This document shows, piece after piece, positions 60,503 to 64,000 of a stretch of DNA of 64,000 nt. The stretch comes from Portibacter sp. GTDB lineage: Bacteria > Bacteroidota > Bacteroidia > Chitinophagales > Saprospiraceae. Below the pieces are notes generated by a model. The model had not been told where the DNA came from. It saw only the letters and a program-made list of their open reading frames with translations, and made no database searches. The translations under genes were made by a program, and so were the position numbers. The first letter of the stretch is position 1. Each line of letters begins with the position of its first letter. The DNA lies in contig JBEBYC010000011.1 in assembly GCA_040391315.1 (NCBI GenBank), positions 46,962 to 110,961 on the forward strand. Direction: 5' to 3'.

Positions 60503-61717
60503 TTATAAATACGTATAATCTGAATTATCTTGGTAACTATTCCAAAAATCAAAGAAATCAAATACAACAGAATTACTGTAATTACAAAGAGAATTAAATA
60601 AAACAACAATACCCGTTTTTGACTTTTTGTCAAAAGCTATCTCTGCTCTAAATCCATTTACCAATCCGCCATGATAAACCAAATCATTGTTTTTCATATT
60701 TATCAAGCGCCAACCAAGACCATAATACGTATTTAAAACATCTGGTTTTTTATTCCAAAATTTTCTATCCTGCGAAGTATAGGCGTATTGGCTAAAAGCC
60801 GTTTTGAGAACTTGAGGCGACAACACATCAGGCTTGTTCCCCATTATTGCACTCAACCATTTTTCCATATCGGCGAGTGGCGCATTTACACCACCTGCTG
60901 ATGGAATATTATAATAGTGCTTCCCTAATTCTACGGGTCTATACCCTTTCTTTGTATAACCATGGCCTACACAATGATTTGAATTAATCGTTATTTCTTC
61001 ATACGTACAACTCGAACTACACATATCTAACGGTGCAAATATGTAATAATCCAAAGCTTGGGCATAATTCATACCCGTTGTATTTTCTATGATTTTTTCA
61101 ATCAGACTAAACGCAACGTTTTGATATGCATACGCTTTACCTGTAGAATCCCGAGGTATCAATCTTTCCAAACTTTTATATAGAATTTCTCTACTTATAT
61201 TTTTATCTACTAAATTAGAATAAGCATGTTCGGTATATCCTGAAGTATGTGATAATACATGTTTAATTCTTAAAACTCCATCCGTAGACTTTGCTCTTAA
61301 ATTTAAATCAGAAATATAATTTGATACCGGATCTTCAAGTGAAAAAAAACCTTTTTCAATCAATATTGAAGCTAAAACTCCTGCGAATCCTTTGGATACA
61401 CTGCCAATTCTAAATATTGTATTGCGATTAATCGTATCTCTTTTATGGATGGAACGTACTCCATATTGCTTTTCAAAAATAACGCGATTTCCTTTAATCA
61501 CTGCGACAGCTAATCCCGGACATCCATATTTATCTATATTTGCTTGAATCTGATTGTCTAATGAATTATATAACACCGTATCCACGGGGATAAATTTATC
61601 CATATCAACTGAAGCTTCAAAACCGTATCCTTTTGCCTCATGACATGAGTTAAATAAAAACATCACACCAAATAAAAACAGCAAATAAAAGAAAATATAA
61701 AAACTATGGAATTTCAC
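60503..61717 (-). CDS. Serine hydrolase of the beta-lactamase / class C PBP family
   Basis: 404 aa with a signal peptide. The active-site SxxK block is FRIGSVSKGFAG. A YxN-like block (AYQNVAF) and a late HGG block (VYHGGLVNG) are also present. Confidence 0.85.
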   Translation of the reverse strand: MKFHSFYIFFYLLFLFGVMFLFNSCHEAKGYGFEASVDMDKFIPVDTVLYNSLDNQIQANIDKYGCPGLAVAVIKGNRVIFEKQYGVRSIHKRDTINRNTIFRIGSVSKGFAGVLASILIEKGFFSLEDPVSNYISDLNLRAKSTDGVLRIKHVLSHTSGYTEHAYSNLVDKNISREILYKSLERLIPRDSTGKAYAYQNVAFSLIEKIIENTTGMNYAQALDYYIFAPLDMCSSSCTYEEITINSNHCVGHGYTKKGYRPVELGKHYYNIPSAGGVNAPLADMEKWLSAIMGNKPDVLSPQVLKTAFSQYAYTSQDRKFWNKKPDVLNTYYGLGWRLINMKNNDLVYHGGLVNGFRAEIAFDKKSKTGIVVLFNSLCNYSNSVVFDFFDFWNSYQDNSDYTYL

Positions 61718-61928
61718 ACTAATAAAACTTTGATATTGGGGGGATTAAATATATTAAAATATTCATTATGTATAATCAAGATGATTGACAAACGCAAATA
61801 TAAAAGTAATTTATTATTTACAAGAGATATTTGTGATTTAAATTCAAAATAATACGAAAGTTATCTTAAAATTACATGAATTTTGTATAAATATTATATG
61901 TAACTTCACCGTTTTAAATAATAAAAAC

Positions 61929-62840
61929 ATGACTTCATTAGACGAGATTCATATCAATTTTAGCGAAGGAAATATTCTGATTTTAAACATTTGTCTTGGT
62001 TTTTTAATGTTTGGGGTTGCCTTAGATATGAAATGGGCTGACTTTAAATATGTATTCGTTTCGCCTAAGTCACTTCTTGCTGGTATGGCTTCTCAATTGA
62101 TACTTTTACCCCTATTAACGATAGGATTTATTTGGGCTATTAAACCTGAATATACACTAACTTTAGGTCTTGCACTAATCGCTGCATGTCCCGGCGGAAA
62201 TGTATCAAATTATGCAGTTCATCTTTCAAAAGCCAATACCGCCTTATCCATTATACTGACGAGTATAACTACATTGGCTTGTGTCGTAACGACTCCCATT
62301 ATCTTTCAAATCATTCAAAAGATACTTCCTGCATCTATGATTTCGAATCAACAATTTGAAATCCCATTTATTAGCATGGCCAGTACCATTTTTCAATTAA
62401 TTATTATACCGTTGATTTTTGGTTTTGCGCTCAATCATTATATGCCAACATGGGTTGATAAAATCAAAGGTTTCGTCAAAAAATTGAGTTTTATTATTTT
62501 CTTTGGTTTTATTGTAGTTGCTGTAGCTAACAACATGGAAAATTTAGTAAATTACATCCAAATTGTATTTTTTTTAGTAATCATACATAATTCACTTGCT
62601 CTCCTGATGGGCTATTGGTGGGCAAAAGGCATTGTAAAATTACCTGTAAGCGATTGTCGTGCTATAAGTATTGAAACGGGTATACAAAATTCAGGATTAG
62701 CACTAATCTTAGTTTTTAATTTTTTTGATGGCAATGGTGGTATGGCACTCATAGCAGCATGGTGGAGTATCTGGCACCTTATAAGTGCTGGAAGTATTGC
62801 CCTTTGGTGGCGAAAACAAGGATTGAAAATGACCGTTTAA
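61929..62840 (+). CDS. Bile acid:sodium symporter (BASS) family transporter
   Basis: 303 aa and polytopic. The signature is ACPGGNVSNYAVHLSKAN plus a second-repeat block ISIETGIQNSGLAL. Confidence 0.85.
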   Translation: MTSLDEIHINFSEGNILILNICLGFLMFGVALDMKWADFKYVFVSPKSLLAGMASQLILLPLLTIGFIWAIKPEYTLTLGLALIAACPGGNVSNYAVHLSKANTALSIILTSITTLACVVTTPIIFQIIQKILPASMISNQQFEIPFISMASTIFQLIIIPLIFGFALNHYMPTWVDKIKGFVKKLSFIIFFGFIVVAVANNMENLVNYIQIVFFLVIIHNSLALLMGYWWAKGIVKLPVSDCRAISIETGIQNSGLALILVFNFFDGNGGMALIAAWWSIWHLISAGSIALWWRKQGLKMTV

Positions 62841-62961
62841 ATCTATTTTTTCAAGGAAAATATTTAATTTATATGGGGGGATTGTGCCTATTGGCGACAT
62901 CATTTAAATGAATATTTTTAACCCCTTTTTAAAGGTATTTGGACAATTCATTTACATTGAC

Positions 62962-62969
62962 TATTTTTG
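62962..62969 (+). promoter_or_regulatory. Candidate -7 promoter box (TATTTTTG) with TTTG at 62938-62941 for the CoA-transferase B gene
   Basis: Exact TAnnTTTG, 28 nt upstream of the ATG at 62997. An upstream TTTG sits at 20-bp spacing. Confidence 0.45.
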
Positions 62970-62996
62970 CGTAAATAATATTTTTAATTTTCAATC

Positions 62997-63653
62997 ATGG
63001 CATTAGATAAGACAGGCATTGCAAAAAGAATAGCAAAAGAGCTAAAAGATGGATACTATGTTAATCTTGGTATTGGTATTCCAACACTTGTTGCAAATTA
63101 TATTCCAGAAGGCTTAAATATTGAAATTCAAAGTGAAAATGGGGTACTTGGTATGGGACCATTTCCTTTTGATGGAGAAGAAGATCCTGATTATATCAAT
63201 GCTGGCAAGCAAACAATCACCACACTTTCGGGTGCCAGTTTTTTTGATTCGTCTATGAGCTTTGGAATGATCCGTGGAAAGCATGTCGATCTTACCGTAC
63301 TAGGTGCCATGGAAGTATCAGAAAATGGTGATATTGCCAACTGGAAAATTCCTGGTAAAATGGTTAAAGGAATGGGTGGTGCCATGGATTTAGTAGCTTC
63401 TGCTGAAAATATCATCGTCGCTATGATGCACGTAAATAAGGCCGGTGAATCTAAATTGCTAAAAGCATGTACGCTGCCGCTTACGGGGGTACGATGCGTT
63501 AAAAAAATCGTAACAGAATTAGCTGTTTTAGACGTAACTGAAGACGGGTTTAAATTATTGGAACGTGCACCAGGTGTAAGTGTTGAATATATTCAATCTG
63601 TCACTCAAGGTAAACTCATTGTAGAAGGCGAAATTCCTGAAATGCAGATATAA
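62997..63653 (+). CDS. 3-oxoacid CoA-transferase, subunit B
   Basis: 218 aa. VNLGIGIPT, the catalytic-Glu block [11 protein letters not shown], and GMGGAMDLV. Confidence 0.92.
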   Translation: MALDKTGIAKRIAKELKDGYYVNLGIGIPTLVANYIPEGLNIEIQSENGVLGMGPFPFDGEEDPDYINAGKQTITTLSGASFFDSSMSFGMIRGKHVDLTVLGAMEVSENGDIANWKIPGKMVKGMGGAMDLVASAENIIVAMMHVNKAGESKLLKACTLPLTGVRCVKKIVTELAVLDVTEDGFKLLERAPGVSVEYIQSVTQGKLIVEGEIPEMQI

Positions 63654-63667
63654 ATTTTCTACTTGTT

Positions 63668-63880
63668 ATGAAAAAAAGTGCCTTATCAAATGAACAGTTA
63701 AAATCACTGCTAATCGTCTTTATTATAAGTGGTCTATTTATGGCTGGTTTACAAGCTATATTTAATTATAAAGACGGGAAAACCTTCGAGTTGTATCCGT
63801 TTGTATTCCATTTTTTTGGTTATGGATATGTTTTTTCACTTATCAATTATTTTACATACAGTACGAAATTCAAAAAATGA
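63668..63880 (+). CDS. Small two-TM membrane protein, hypothetical
   Basis: 70-aa ORF starting 15 nt after the CoA-transferase stop, with two hydrophobic segments. No recognisable motif, so it could be spurious. Confidence 0.35.
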   Translation: MKKSALSNEQLKSLLIVFIISGLFMAGLQAIFNYKDGKTFELYPFVFHFFGYGYVFSLINYFTYSTKFKK

Positions 63881-64000
63881 TTGTTCATTTTCACAAAGCA
63901 TTTTTTCGATACATACTTTTACTAATACCTTAATTTTCACAAGGTTAAATCTGTAATACTTTTTCTTTCCATATAATATTTAATATTTTTTCAAAGAATC

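Noticed and set aside
60391-60633. 80-aa hydrophobic ORF overlapping the 3' end of the serine-hydrolase gene in another frame
   Set aside because: It overlaps a well-supported gene by 131 nt. Its hydrophobicity is what T-rich off-frame sequence produces, and it has no separate promoter box.
63729-63956. 75-aa ORF overlapping the 70-aa membrane ORF at the right edge
   Set aside because: It is an alternative frame of the same AT-rich stretch with no supporting features. Even the 63668-63880 ORF is only weakly supported.
1-64000. Search for mobile elements, prophage genes, CRISPR-Cas, restriction-modification, toxin-antitoxin or other known defence systems, and for rRNA/tRNA genes
   Set aside because: No translation in the track shows transposase, integrase, recombinase, Cas, methyltransferase, nuclease or typical TA motifs. 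I saw no tRNA-like GC-rich cloverleaf segments or rRNA-like sequence in the intergenic regions.

Overview
AT-rich (roughly one-third G+C by eye) chromosomal segment, almost certainly from a member of the Bacteroidota. Five proteins end in type-A T9SS C-terminal sorting domains, a PorV/PorQ-like barrel is present, start codons lack Shine-Dalgarno sequences, and 13 genes are preceded by an exact TAnnTTTG box. I call 37 protein-coding genes, one of them partial at the left edge and absent from the ORF track. I also call one decayed sensor-kinase pseudogene, 8 hairpin terminators and several candidate regulatory sites. I saw no rRNA, tRNA, CRISPR array, transposase, integrase or recognisable defence system. 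Housekeeping genes (rpe, ggt, pnp, rpsO, kdsB, cdd, rarA, corA, an aminotransferase, CoA-transferase subunit B) are interspersed with a very heavy load of secreted surface proteins: 28.8 kb, 45% of the window, encodes T9SS cargo. The headline observation is a family of four giant paralogues (1,447, about 1,483, about 1,678 and 3,716 aa). They share a strictly collinear Cys-rich chassis of about 1,300-1,450 aa. The chassis ends in a cassette of CarboxypepD-reg-like, dockerin-like and cohesin-like modules plus a T9SS CTD, and each protein carries a completely different N-terminal head. This looks like a polymorphic, possibly self-assembling, T9SS-anchored surface-fibre system that I cannot assign to any characterised family. 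The largest gene forms an apparent operon with a small polytopic membrane protein. That operon sits divergent to a TPR/LuxR one-component regulator, across a 779-bp AT-rich spacer containing a GC-rich palindrome cluster. A second coherent module is an Rrf2 (NsrR-like) nitrosative-stress island (truncated haemoglobin, RIC/ScdA, lipoprotein azurin, DUF488, hemerythrin) with a candidate palindromic operator. All homology calls come from motif recognition by eye on the supplied translations. No database search or computation was run, so domain boundaries are approximate.
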